Source: a virus (taxonomy: Duplodnaviria; Caudoviricetes). Taken from it: a DNA stretch of 36,033 nucleotides. The notes below the pieces were generated by a model. The model saw only the letters and a program-made list of their open reading frames with translations, ran no database searches and had not been told where the DNA came from. Made by a program: the position numbers and the translations under genes. Positions 18,205 through 27,288 of this stretch are shown piece by piece (the first letter of the stretch is position 1; the number at the start of each line of letters is the position of its first letter). The stretch is from IMG/VR virus record IMGVR_UViG_3300049144_000053, positions 1-36,033 of that record. One strand, given 5' to 3'.

Positions 18205-21200
18205 GTGGCGTTCCCGGAGGATCCTCTTGGGCTGCGGCGCGAGCTGCGCGTGGGGACGGAGTGGGTAGCCGTCCCCACGTACACGCGGGACCCGATCACG
18301 CACTCGCGTGGCCGGCCGGTGCGGGCGAACTCGGCGGATCCAGCCGAGGCGACGATCACGATCAAGAACGTGGACGGGAAGTACACGCCACGCAACCCGC
18401 TGAGCCCGTACTACGGGCTCATCGGCCGCAACACGCCGATCCGGGCGACCATCCCGGGGGGCGACGACGTCCACCTCGCCCTCAACGGGGGCATCGGCCG
18501 GGCCACCACCCCGGACACCAACAGCCTGGACATCACCGGGTCGATCGACGTCCGCTGGGAGATCAACCTCGACAACCTCTCCCAGAGCCAGGGCACCATC
18601 CTCGGCGGGAAGTGGGCGCCGGCCGGGAACCAGTGTTCGTGGCTGGTGCGGATCGACTCCACCCGCCAGGTGGTGTTCCGTCGCTCTCTGACCGGGGCCG
18701 TCCCCTCCGAGTCGTACACCTCCGACAACCCGCTCCCTATCACGGCGTCCGGCCGGATCGCTCTGCGCGCCACGTGGAACGCGACGAACGGCCAGTACGT
18801 GTACTACTGGGCCCCGGCCATCGCCGGGCCGTGGACGCAGCTCGGGATGTCCATCACGACAAGCCCGTCCGCTCTGGTCGCCACGACCGCACCGCTGACG
18901 ATCGGCGACATCGACCAAGTCACCACCTGGGGCCGCCCCGACGGCGCGATCTACAAGTTCGAGCTCCGCAACGGCATCAACGGCACCCTCGTGTGTGCCG
19001 TGGACTTCACCGCGCAGACGAGCGGCGCCACCACGTTCACCGACAGCACGGGCCTGGTGTGGACGCTCGCCGGGACGGCCGAGCTCAACGACCGCGTCAC
19101 CCGGTTCAACCTGGAGGTCCCCGAGTGGCCGCCGCAGTGGGCGCCGTCGGAGAAGGACGCCTGGACGTCGCTCACGGCGGCCGGTCTCCTGCGCAGGCTC
19201 GGGCAGGGCTCGCGGACGCTCGACTCGACGCTGCGCCGGCGCATCCCGTCGGGGAAACCGATCGCCTACTGGCCGTGCGAGGACGGCGCGAACTCCACGC
19301 AACTCGCCAGCGCCACGACGGGCGTGCGCCCGCTGGTGATGTCGGGGCTGCAGCTCGCGGCGGATGATTCGCTGGCGGGGTCGTCGGCGCTGCCTACGCT
19401 GCACACCGGCGCCGCGATCAACGGGACCGTCCCGCCTGCGAGCAGTGCCGCCACCAGCTGGCACACCGAGTTCATCTTCAAGACCCCCGGCGCCGGGCCC
19501 GCCACGCCCCGCACGCTGCTCCAGTGGACCGGCACCGGCACCGTCCGCCGCTGGGAGCTGAAGCTCAAGACGAACGGGGCGGAGGTCTACGGCTACGACG
19601 CCGACGACAACACCGTCACCCAGTCCCTCATCAACCTCACCGGCGCCGGCGTGTTCGGGGTGTGGTGCCGGTGGCGGCTGTACGCCGTGCAGAACGGCTC
19701 CAACGTCGACTGGACCACCTGGTTCATCCCGATCGGCGCCCAGTCCAGCGTCTTCACCACGACCAGCTTCGCGGGCACGGTGGGCCGCATCGACCGGCTC
19801 GTCGGCCAGGCCGGCGGACTCAGCTCGGACCTGGACGGGACCGCCCTCGGCCACATCGCCGTGTTCACACAGGCCGCAACGCCCATCTACAACAACGCCG
19901 ACATCGGCTTCGACGGGGAGACCGCGGGCGCGCGGATCCAGCGGCTGTGCTCCGAGGAGGGCGTCCCGGTCACAGTGGTCGGCGACGTGACCGGCACACA
20001 GCGGATGGGCCCCCAGCGGCCGGCCGCCTTCCTGGACCTGCTGCGCGATGCGGCCGAGGCCGACGGCGGGATCTTCGGAGAGACCCGCAGCAGGCGCGAG
20101 CTGTGGTACCGCACCCGCGCCGACCTCTACAACCAGGTCCCGAAGCTCATCCTCGACTACGCGGCGAAGAAGGTCGCGCCACCGCTGCAGCCGGTCGAGG
20201 ACGACCAGCCGCGCAACTTCTGGGAGGTGACCCGCGAGGGCGGCTCCAGCGCGGTCGCCAGCCTCGACACCGGCCCGATGTCCACGCAGGCCCCGCCGGA
20301 CGGGATCGGCTACTACCCGGACAGCAAGACGCTCAACCTGTACGCCGACGACCAGCCCGAGCAGATCGCCGGGTGGCTGTTGCACCTGACGACGTGGAAC
20401 GAGGCCAACTACCCGGCCGTCACCATCCGGTTGCACCGGCACCCGGAGTTCATCCGGACCGTCCTCGGCCTGGAAGTCGGCGACAAGATCCGCATCATCA
20501 ACCTGCCGCGCCAGTTCGTGTCGGCGGGCTCGGTCGAGCTGCTCATCGACGGCTGGGAGGAGAAGTTCCTCCCCCGAACGTGGGACATCACGTTCAACTG
20601 CTCCCCCGCAGGGCCGTGGAACGTGGCCGCGCTGCCCTACCGGGAAGATTTCGAGGACACCACCTACGAGATCACCTACACCAACGCGGGCGCCCTGCCC
20701 TGGGCGCGCTCGCAGCTGCACTACAACTCCGGCACCTGGAGCTTGCGGTCCGGCGCGATCAGCAACAACCAGACCAGCGACTTCGTGGTCGACGTGCCGC
20801 CGCTGATGACCCAGCTCAAGTTCTGGTACTGGACCAGCAGCGAGGGCCCCGACATCGGCGACATCTTCCCCGGCGACCGGCTCCTCGTCTTCGTCGACGG
20901 GGTCCAGGTTCTCCGCGCGCAGGGCATCACGCCGTGGACGCAGGCCATCATCGACGTCTCCGGCAAGAGCAAGGTCACCTTCCGCTACGCGAAGGACAAC
21001 AGCGCGTCCGGCGGCGAGGACGCCGTGCACATCGACGACCTGGAATTCACCGGCGCCGCCGCGACCAAGGCGGACACGGACGGCTCCGTCCTCGTCAACC
21101 CGGTCTCGGCGACCGACACGGCGCTGCTGGTGGCGACGACCCCGCTCGACGCGCCGATCTGGACGAAAGACCCGATCGAGTTCCCGTTCATCGTGGCGGC

Positions 21201-21954
21201 CGGCGGGGAGGAGATGACGGCGAAGGCGATCAGCAGCTGGGTGCTGGACGAGTTCTCCAGCCGGTCGGCGGCCGGCGGCTGGTCGCAGGCCGACACCACG
21301 GGCCAGATGTGGCAGGTGGTCGGCGGCACCGTGGCGACGGACTTCGCGGTGAGCGGCGGGACGGGGCAGCACATCCTGACCACGACGAACGCGTCCCGCC
21401 GGTGCGGTCTCGTCTTCACGTACCCGGATGTGGACGTTGTGGTGTCGCTGACGACGTCGGTGGCGGCGACGGGCGGCTCGCTGTACGGGGGGCCGCTCGT
21501 GCGCTACGTCGACTCGGACAATTTGTACATGGGCCGGGTCGAGTTCACGACCGCGGGCGCGATCCTGCTGGACCTGCGCAAGCGGACCGGGGGCACCGAG
21601 TCGTCGCTGGCCACCTTCGCTACCGGCCTCACCCACACCCCCGGGACGTTCGTACGGGCCCGGCTCCAGGCGCGGGGCAGCGTGCTGCGCGCCAAGGTGT
21701 GGGCGCCCGGCACACCCGAGCCGGACTGGCAGATCACCACCACGGACACGTCGGTCACCACGTCGAACTTCGTGGGGTGCCGGTCGATCACCGCGGCGAG
21801 CAACACGAACACCAACCCGGTCATCCGGTACGACTCGTTCGAGGTCCTCAACCCGCAAGTCTTCACCGTCGTGCGGTCCGCCAACGGCGTCTCCAAGGCC
21901 CAGGCGGCGGGTACCGCCGTGCAGTTGGCCAAGCCCATGACCATCGCCCTGTAG
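18205..21954 (+). CDS. Large multi-domain minor tail / baseplate protein with lectin-like (LamG/CBM-type) inserts
   Basis: Follows the TMP; N.DGKYTPRNPLSPYYG, AYWPCEDG, GETAGARIQRL and MGPQ motifs; Trp/Thr-rich beta domains. Confidence 0.8.
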   Translation: MAFPEDPLGLRRELRVGTEWVAVPTYTRDPITHSRGRPVRANSADPAEATITIKNVDGKYTPRNPLSPYYGLIGRNTPIRATIPGGDDVHLALNGGIGRATTPDTNSLDITGSIDVRWEINLDNLSQSQGTILGGKWAPAGNQCSWLVRIDSTRQVVFRRSLTGAVPSESYTSDNPLPITASGRIALRATWNATNGQYVYYWAPAIAGPWTQLGMSITTSPSALVATTAPLTIGDIDQVTTWGRPDGAIYKFELRNGINGTLVCAVDFTAQTSGATTFTDSTGLVWTLAGTAELNDRVTRFNLEVPEWPPQWAPSEKDAWTSLTAAGLLRRLGQGSRTLDSTLRRRIPSGKPIAYWPCEDGANSTQLASATTGVRPLVMSGLQLAADDSLAGSSALPTLHTGAAINGTVPPASSAATSWHTEFIFKTPGAGPATPRTLLQWTGTGTVRRWELKLKTNGAEVYGYDADDNTVTQSLINLTGAGVFGVWCRWRLYAVQNGSNVDWTTWFIPIGAQSSVFTTTSFAGTVGRIDRLVGQAGGLSSDLDGTALGHIAVFTQAATPIYNNADIGFDGETAGARIQRLCSEEGVPVTVVGDVTGTQRMGPQRPAAFLDLLRDAAEADGGIFGETRSRRELWYRTRADLYNQVPKLILDYAAKKVAPPLQPVEDDQPRNFWEVTREGGSSAVASLDTGPMSTQAPPDGIGYYPDSKTLNLYADDQPEQIAGWLLHLTTWNEANYPAVTIRLHRHPEFIRTVLGLEVGDKIRIINLPRQFVSAGSVELLIDGWEEKFLPRTWDITFNCSPAGPWNVAALPYREDFEDTTYEITYTNAGALPWARSQLHYNSGTWSLRSGAISNNQTSDFVVDVPPLMTQLKFWYWTSSEGPDIGDIFPGDRLLVFVDGVQVLRAQGITPWTQAIIDVSGKSKVTFRYAKDNSASGGEDAVHIDDLEFTGAAATKADTDGSVLVNPVSATDTALLVATTPLDAPIWTKDPIEFPFIVAAGGEEMTAKAISSWVLDEFSSRSAAGGWSQADTTGQMWQVVGGTVATDFAVSGGTGQHILTTTNASRRCGLVFTYPDVDVVVSLTTSVAATGGSLYGGPLVRYVDSDNLYMGRVEFTTAGAILLDLRKRTGGTESSLATFATGLTHTPGTFVRARLQARGSVLRAKVWAPGTPEPDWQITTTDTSVTTSNFVGCRSITAASNTNTNPVIRYDSFEVLNPQVFTVVRSANGVSKAQAAGTAVQLAKPMTIAL

Positions 21955-21965
21955 AGGAGCCCCTC

Positions 21966-22475
21966 GTGCCTCAGTGGCCCACGATCTTGGCCGGGCAGAC
22001 GGTGACCGCCGGCCTGCTCACGTCGATGCTGCCGATTCCCGCGTTCAAAACGATCTCGACGCCGCGCACGTCGACGACGACCGCTGTCCCGGACCCGGAG
22101 CTGGTGGCGACCGTCGCCGCGAATGCGCAGTACGGGTTCCAGGCGTTCATCCGTACATCGGGCGACCCGTCGGGCGACTTGAAGTGCACGTTCACCGGGC
22201 CGACGGGGAGCACCGGTTCGTGGGGGGCTCGCACGATGGACACCGCCGCCACCGGCGCGACGGGCCTGTCGCAGGCGATCCGTACACCGCTCGGTACCAC
22301 CAAGAGCATCGGCGAGCTGAGCACGTCAGCCCCGCAGATCATCCAAGCCTCGGGCCGCCTCATCACCGGCAGCACCGCCGGAATCTTCAGCTTCGACTGG
22401 GCGCAGGACGTCTCCTTCGCGACGGCGACGGTGATCGAGGCCGACTCCTGGTTCACCCTCTGGCGCATCGCATAG
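21966..22475 (+). CDS. Minor tail protein
   Basis: GAGGAG RBS and GTG start; AGQTVTAGLL, DPEL and WAQ motifs; Thr-rich. Confidence 0.7.
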   Translation: MPQWPTILAGQTVTAGLLTSMLPIPAFKTISTPRTSTTTAVPDPELVATVAANAQYGFQAFIRTSGDPSGDLKCTFTGPTGSTGSWGARTMDTAATGATGLSQAIRTPLGTTKSIGELSTSAPQIIQASGRLITGSTAGIFSFDWAQDVSFATATVIEADSWFTLWRIA

Positions 22476-22488
22476 AAGGAGTTCACGC

Positions 22489-22752
22489 ATGGATCCGCAG
22501 CCCGTCAGGGAGCGCATCGAAGCCGTCCAGTACGACGGCACGAACGGCACGTACATCGGAGAGGAGTTCCTCTCGCGAACCCGGGTGGACAGCGACGACG
22601 GTGAGGTGCTGCGGCTCGTCGACGACGCGAACGACCCGACGGTCCGCCTCGGTTGCTGGGTGGTGCGGCGCGCGCAGGGTGGCGGTCGCTTCGAGTTCCT
22701 GGGGGCGTTCTCGCAGGAGGACTACGAGGAGCGGTTCGCGCCGCTGACCTGA
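22489..22752 (+). CDS. Hypothetical protein
   Basis: AAGGAG RBS; IEAVQYDGTN motif. Confidence 0.7.
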   Translation: MDPQPVRERIEAVQYDGTNGTYIGEEFLSRTRVDSDDGEVLRLVDDANDPTVRLGCWVVRRAQGGGRFEFLGAFSQEDYEERFAPLT

Positions 22753-22770
22753 TCTGCTGCTCCACCGACT

Positions 22771-22800
22771 GCCCCGTGCCGCCCGGCCCGGGGCCTTTCT
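22771..22800 (+). terminator. Terminator-like hairpin before the lysis cassette
   Basis: gccccg(t)gccg-cc-cggc(c)cggggc followed by ctttct. Confidence 0.55.
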
Positions 22801-22819
22801 CATGCCCCAAGGAGGGCTC

Positions 22820-23656
22820 ATGGCCTGGTACCCGGGCGCAAGCAAGATGGAGCTCCAGCCCGAGAGCGACGACCAGCCGGCCATCAGGCCGACTCAGCTC
22901 ATCGTCCACTCGATCGCCGCGCCCTGGACGCCGAAGCGCACCTACGAGTACTGGCGGGACTCCACCAATCTGGAGAGCCACTTCGGCCTCGGCTACGACG
23001 GGTCGCTGGCACAGTTCATCGGCACCGAGACCCGCGCCGACGCCAACGCGTCCGCGAACCGGCGAGCCGACGGCACCGGCGCCATCAGCGTCGAGAGCGC
23101 GTCGAACCTCAACGCGACGGACCCGTGGACCGACGAGCAGGTCGAAACGCTGATCAAGCTCGGTGTGTGGGCGCACGAGCACCCGCGGCACGCGATCCCG
23201 CTGCGCCTGTGCCGCAGCGCGGACGACCCGGGGTTCGGCTGGCACGCGCAGTACGCGGCCTGGAACCCGAACGGCCACGCCTGCCCTGGCGCGACCCGCA
23301 TCCGGCAGTTCAAGGAGGTCGTGTTCCCGGGCATCGTCGCCCGCGCGACCGGCAAGACCAACCCGCCCCCGCCCCCGCCCGTGAAGGAGACCACGATGGC
23401 GCTCACCGAGCAGGACATCCGGCTCATCGGCCGGCAGGTCGTGACCGGCCCGACCGGCATGAAGAACCCGGACGACCCGAACGTCGACTGGGCGTTGAGC
23501 AGCTTCGTCGGCCTCACGTTCCGGACCGTCCGGCAGACCGCGGCGGACGTCGCCGAGGTGAAGGCCAAGCTGGACGCGCTCACGGTGGGCGGGGTGGACC
23601 TGGACGCCCTCGCCGCGAAGGTCGCGGACCTGCTGGCCGCACGGCTGGCCGAGTGA
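22820..23656 (+). CDS. Endolysin, N-acetylmuramoyl-L-alanine amidase (Amidase_2-like)
   Basis: IVHS, SHF, ISVES, GWH and ACPG Zn-amidase motifs; poly-Pro linker; C-terminal helical domain. Confidence 0.88.
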   Translation: MAWYPGASKMELQPESDDQPAIRPTQLIVHSIAAPWTPKRTYEYWRDSTNLESHFGLGYDGSLAQFIGTETRADANASANRRADGTGAISVESASNLNATDPWTDEQVETLIKLGVWAHEHPRHAIPLRLCRSADDPGFGWHAQYAAWNPNGHACPGATRIRQFKEVVFPGIVARATGKTNPPPPPPVKETTMALTEQDIRLIGRQVVTGPTGMKNPDDPNVDWALSSFVGLTFRTVRQTAADVAEVKAKLDALTVGGVDLDALAAKVADLLAARLAE

Positions 23657-24006
23657 TCCTCAACCTCACGCCCCACCCGATCCGCCTCTACGCCCCAGAC
23701 CGGCCCGACGGCCTCGACGACCTGGAGCCCGGCCTCCGCCTCGTCATCGAGCCCGAGCCGCGTCCGGCGCGGCTGGGCGTCGTCCCGCTCAGCACCGAGT
23801 ACCGGGACGGTGTCCCCGTCGAGGTGGTCCAGTACGGCACCGCCGTCGGTCTGCCCCGGCGCGCTGAGGGCGTGTCGTACATCGTGTCGCTCGCCTTGGC
23901 GCTCGCGCTGGCGCCCCGCCGCGACGACCTGCTCGTCCCCTACCGCGAGGTCCGCAACGCCTCCGGAACCGTCATCGGCTGCCGGCAGCTCGCGCAGCCC
24001 GTCTAG
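23653..24006 (+). CDS. NLTPH-motif small protein (possible Crn4-like ring nuclease)
   Basis: GTGA overlap; MILNLTPHPIRL...GLP...YIVS...RDDLLVP...VRNASGTVIGCRQL. Confidence 0.7.
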   Translation: MILNLTPHPIRLYAPDRPDGLDDLEPGLRLVIEPEPRPARLGVVPLSTEYRDGVPVEVVQYGTAVGLPRRAEGVSYIVSLALALALAPRRDDLLVPYREVRNASGTVIGCRQLAQPV

Positions 24007-24019
24007 AAACGAGACCACC

Positions 24020-24391
24020 GTGAAGATCCTCGGCCGCGAACCCGTCGCGATCCTGGCGTTCATCGCCATCGCCCTCAAGCTCGGCTCCGCCTACGGCCTC
24101 GACGTCTCCGCCGAACTCCAGGCAGCCATCATGGCGTTCCTCTCCTGTGCCGTCGCCGTCACCGAGGCGTTCGTTTTGAAGACCGGCGCCGCCTTCGCCG
24201 CGCTCGTCAACCTCGGCCACGCGGCGGTCGCCCTCTACCTGGCCTTCGGGCTGAACATGACCGCAGAGGAGCAGGCCAACTGGATGCTCGCCATCGAGGG
24301 ACTCGTCGCGCTGTTCATCGTCCGCCCGCAGGTGACGGCCCCGATCGCGACCCTCCGAATCGAGCAGTCGAGCCTCGTCAAGGCGGCCTGA
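24020..24391 (+). CDS. Holin
   Basis: MKILGREP start, 4 TM helices as two repeated hairpins, RPQVTAP; downstream of the endolysin. Confidence 0.8.
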   Translation: MKILGREPVAILAFIAIALKLGSAYGLDVSAELQAAIMAFLSCAVAVTEAFVLKTGAAFAALVNLGHAAVALYLAFGLNMTAEEQANWMLAIEGLVALFIVRPQVTAPIATLRIEQSSLVKAA

Positions 24392-24838
24392 GTGCCGGGC
24401 CGGGCGGCCCACTGGTTCAGCGGTCACCTCGGCCGCCGCGGCCCGTTCCTGGTGTTCATGGGCGTCGGCAAGGTGTGCTGGGGCGTCAGCCTCATCGTGG
24501 AGCCGCCGACCACCCGCGGCCTCGGCCTCCTGGCTCACTTCGCCCCCCTGCACTGCTGGGCGTCGGTGTGGATTCTCGCCGGGACCGGCACGTTCACCTC
24601 GGCGTGGCTGCCCTTCGCCCGGGACAGGTGGGGGTTCGTCATCGCCTCCACCCCACCCGCGCTGTGGGCCTTCGCCTATGGCTGGGCGGGCCTGGTCGGG
24701 GACTACCCCCGCGGCCTGTGGGTGTTCGCCTGGTACATGACCAGTCACTGCGGAGTGATCTGGTGCGCGTCACGAGTTCCACCCGAGTCCGGATCATCCG
24801 ATCGTCCCGACCCGGTGGGTGAGGGGAGACCGGGTTGA
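24392..24838 (+). CDS. Lysis-cassette membrane protein (4 TM)
   Basis: LGRRGPFL start; Trp-rich hydrophobic helices. Confidence 0.75.
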   Translation: MPGRAAHWFSGHLGRRGPFLVFMGVGKVCWGVSLIVEPPTTRGLGLLAHFAPLHCWASVWILAGTGTFTSAWLPFARDRWGFVIASTPPALWAFAYGWAGLVGDYPRGLWVFAWYMTSHCGVIWCASRVPPESGSSDRPDPVGEGRPG

Positions 24839-25164
24839 ACGGATGGCTGAGCTTGGCGGGCGGGGCGGTCACGGTGCTGGGCGTGATCATCACCGGATAT
24901 TTCACGTACCGCGGGGGCCGGGCGGCGGCCTCGATCCAGGCCGAGCCGTCGCAGCGGCAAGCCGACCTAGCGGCTTTCCGGGAGATCCGGGACGACATGC
25001 AGAAGGACATCGACGAGCTGAAAGCGGAGGCACGGTCGCTTCGGTCGCTGGTGCGCAGCTTCGCCCTGTACGTCGGGGAGCTGACGGCGCAGATGCGGGG
25101 TGCCGGACTGGAGCCGCCGGCGCCACCGGACCGGGTGGACGAGTACAACCGAACTGGAGTGTGA
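24835..25164 (+). CDS. Lysis-cassette protein (1 TM plus coiled coil)
   Basis: TTGA overlap; N-terminal TM then heptad-rich helix and PPAPP. Confidence 0.75.
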   Translation: MNGWLSLAGGAVTVLGVIITGYFTYRGGRAAASIQAEPSQRQADLAAFREIRDDMQKDIDELKAEARSLRSLVRSFALYVGELTAQMRGAGLEPPAPPDRVDEYNRTGV

Positions 25165-25170
25165 CGGACA

Positions 25171-25205
25171 GGCCCCCCTCGCCTTCGGGCGGTGGGGGCC
25201 CTTTC
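25171..25205 (+). terminator. Terminator at the end of the late operon
   Basis: ggccccc..cgcc-TTCG-ggcg..gggggcc followed by ctttc (cUUCGg tetraloop). Confidence 0.75.
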
Positions 25206-25230
25206 GTCATGTCCAGGTAGCCTCGGCCGC

Positions 25231-25893
25231 ATGATACGCGCTGTGATCTTCGACGTCGGCGAGTGCCTCGTAGACGAGACCACCGAGTACGGCACCTGGG
25301 CTGACTGGCTCGGCGTGCCCCGCCACACCTTCCACGCCATGTTCGGCGCCGTCATCGCCCAGGGCCGCGACTACAGGGACGTGTTCCAGGAGTTTCGGCC
25401 CGGCTTCGACCTCTACGCCGAGCGCGAGCGCCGCGCGGAGGCCGGGCAGCCGGAGACCTTCGGCGAGGCCGACCTCTACCCGGACGTCCGCGACGCCCTG
25501 GCGGCCCTCCGCGCGGACGGCCTGTGGCTGGGCATCGCCGGGAACCAGACCATCCGCGCCGGGAAGATCCTCCGCGAGCTGTTCTCCGGCGACGTCGACC
25601 TGATCGGCACCAGCGACGATTGGGGCGCCAGCAAGCCCGACCGCGCCTTCTTTGACCGCGTCGCCGAGGTCGTCCCGGCCGAGCCCGGCGAGATGCTGTA
25701 CGTCGGCGACCGCGTCGACAACGACATCCGGCCCGCCGTCGCAGCCGGGATGCACACCGCGCTCGTGCGCCGAGGGCCGTGGGCGACGATCCAGTGGAAC
25801 ACCGAGGAGGCGGAGAAGCTGCCGACCTTCCGGGTCGAGAGCCTCCTCGAACTGTCCGGGCAGATCCGCCGCTTCAACGAGCGAGAGCGCTGA
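25231..25893 (+). CDS. HAD-superfamily hydrolase, probably leaderless
   Basis: Motif I variant FDVGECLVD, AGN, SKP and VGDRVDND; TAGCCT 7 nt before the ATG and no SD. Confidence 0.9.
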   Translation: MIRAVIFDVGECLVDETTEYGTWADWLGVPRHTFHAMFGAVIAQGRDYRDVFQEFRPGFDLYAERERRAEAGQPETFGEADLYPDVRDALAALRADGLWLGIAGNQTIRAGKILRELFSGDVDLIGTSDDWGASKPDRAFFDRVAEVVPAEPGEMLYVGDRVDNDIRPAVAAGMHTALVRRGPWATIQWNTEEAEKLPTFRVESLLELSGQIRRFNERER

Positions 25894-27097
25894 CGGTCGT
25901 AGCCCACCCGTACAGCCGGTCGTCCAGCTCCCGGACGCACCGCTCGTGCTGGTGCGGCACCAGCGCGCGCCGCACCTCTCGCACGCGGTCCATGCCCATC
26001 GCGTACCAGGTGCGCTCCAGCTGGTCGAGCGCCCGCAGCGCGTACCCGCACGCCGCGTCGGGGTCGCCGGCCGCGGCCTCGACCGCCGCGAGGTCGCCGA
26101 GGATGACCGTGCGCTGTTTGTCCTCGGTCGGGTCGAGGGCGTCCAGGACGCCGAGGAGGGTGGTGCGGGCCTGCGGCAGGTGGCCCGCCTTGAGCTGGGT
26201 GTTGCCCTTGAACGCGGCGAGCCGGACGGGGCTGAACCAGTCCAGCCACTCGGGGCTTTGGTGCTCGTTGCCCGCGGTGAGGATGTCCTCGGCGTGCCCG
26301 ATCAGGTGCAGCGCGGTGCGGGTGTGCCCGCAGCGGGTCTCGCACTCCGCCTCGACCGCGTCGAGCCAGGCGAGGAGTAGCGCGGAGGCCGGGCCGCGGC
26401 GGGCGTACGTGCGCGCGGCCACCATCCGCTCGACGGCGGCGTCCCGGTCGCCGCCCCAGGCGGGGATGAACGCGGTGTGCGCCAGGACCCCGGCGCCGAG
26501 GAGCGCATCGTCCGCTTCGCCGGCGGCCTGGAGCGCGCGCAGCCACGTCTGCCGTGCACGCTCGGCGTCCCGCAGGTCGAAGAACTCGATCCGCCCGGCG
26601 AGCAGCCACGTCTCGGCGAGCGCTGCGGCGATACGGCGGCGCGTCTCGCCTGCGGCCTCCGGGAGCAGCGCGCACCCGAGGGTGGCGTGGGCGAGCGCGG
26701 CCGGGTGCAGGGTGGCCGGGGCGACCGACCAGTACAGCCGCCGGTGCGAGCGGGTGACGGCCTCGTAGTCCTCGGCGGCCGTGGCGGGCTGCACGGCGAG
26801 CACCTGCCCGGGGACGGCGGCCAGGCCGACGGCGGCGGTCGCGGCGAGCACCGTGCGGCGCGGGTGAACGACTTGACCCCCGGCGGTCAGGGGAAAGCCC
26901 AGCGCTTCGAGGTCTTGGCCGAGGAGCCGTGTGAGACTCTGGGCGACCTCGGGGTGCGGCATGGGAGGTTGCTCGGACTCCCACCGGCGGACCTGCCGCA
27001 CGCCGACACCGAGCGCGTCCGCGAGGGCCTGCTGGGAGTGGTAACCGGCCGCGAGTCGGGCCGCCTTGAGACGGGTGTTACCTGCGGGGCGTGCCAC
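25874..27097 (-). CDS. XRE-family HTH regulator with a TPR-like helical C-terminus
   Basis: LKAARLAAGYHSQQALADALGVGVRQVRRWES HTH followed by about 300 aa of Ala/Leu-rich helical repeats. Confidence 0.88.
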   Translation of the reverse strand: MARPAGNTRLKAARLAAGYHSQQALADALGVGVRQVRRWESEQPPMPHPEVAQSLTRLLGQDLEALGFPLTAGGQVVHPRRTVLAATAAVGLAAVPGQVLAVQPATAAEDYEAVTRSHRRLYWSVAPATLHPAALAHATLGCALLPEAAGETRRRIAAALAETWLLAGRIEFFDLRDAERARQTWLRALQAAGEADDALLGAGVLAHTAFIPAWGGDRDAAVERMVAARTYARRGPASALLLAWLDAVEAECETRCGHTRTALHLIGHAEDILTAGNEHQSPEWLDWFSPVRLAAFKGNTQLKAGHLPQARTTLLGVLDALDPTEDKQRTVILGDLAAVEAAAGDPDAACGYALRALDQLERTWYAMGMDRVREVRRALVPHQHERCVRELDDRLYGWATTVSALAR

Positions 27098-27288
27098 TGC
27101 TGCACCTCCATCCTGAGAGCTGCCGCAAGTGTTGCGCGAAGCCCTGCTGTTGGCCAGCCGTCACCCCCACGGCGCAATGAAAGTCCTCTACACGACCGTA
27201 AAGAGACCTCTCTGAGTCCTCTTCACAGGACGTCGCGAAGGCCACTCTGAGGACACCTGACCGCCACGGGCGCCCGAGGAGAACCGCG

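Noticed and set aside
14623-21858. 2411-aa minus-strand ORF and other long antisense ORFs (6612..9827, 2612..4684, 4668..6353)
   Set aside because: They shadow well-supported plus-strand genes. High GC3 removes stop codons on the opposite strand, and the translations are Arg/Gly/Pro-rich with no motifs.
19524-21965. Long alternative-frame extension of the 21966 tail gene, suggesting a frameshift fusion
   Set aside because: Arg/Pro-rich off-frame sequence; the real gene has its own RBS and GTG at 21966, and I saw no slippery site.
26810-26865. Twin-arginine-like RRTVLAATAAVGLAA in the XRE-TPR protein
   Set aside because: It lies internally after the HTH domain, so it is unlikely to act as a Tat export signal.
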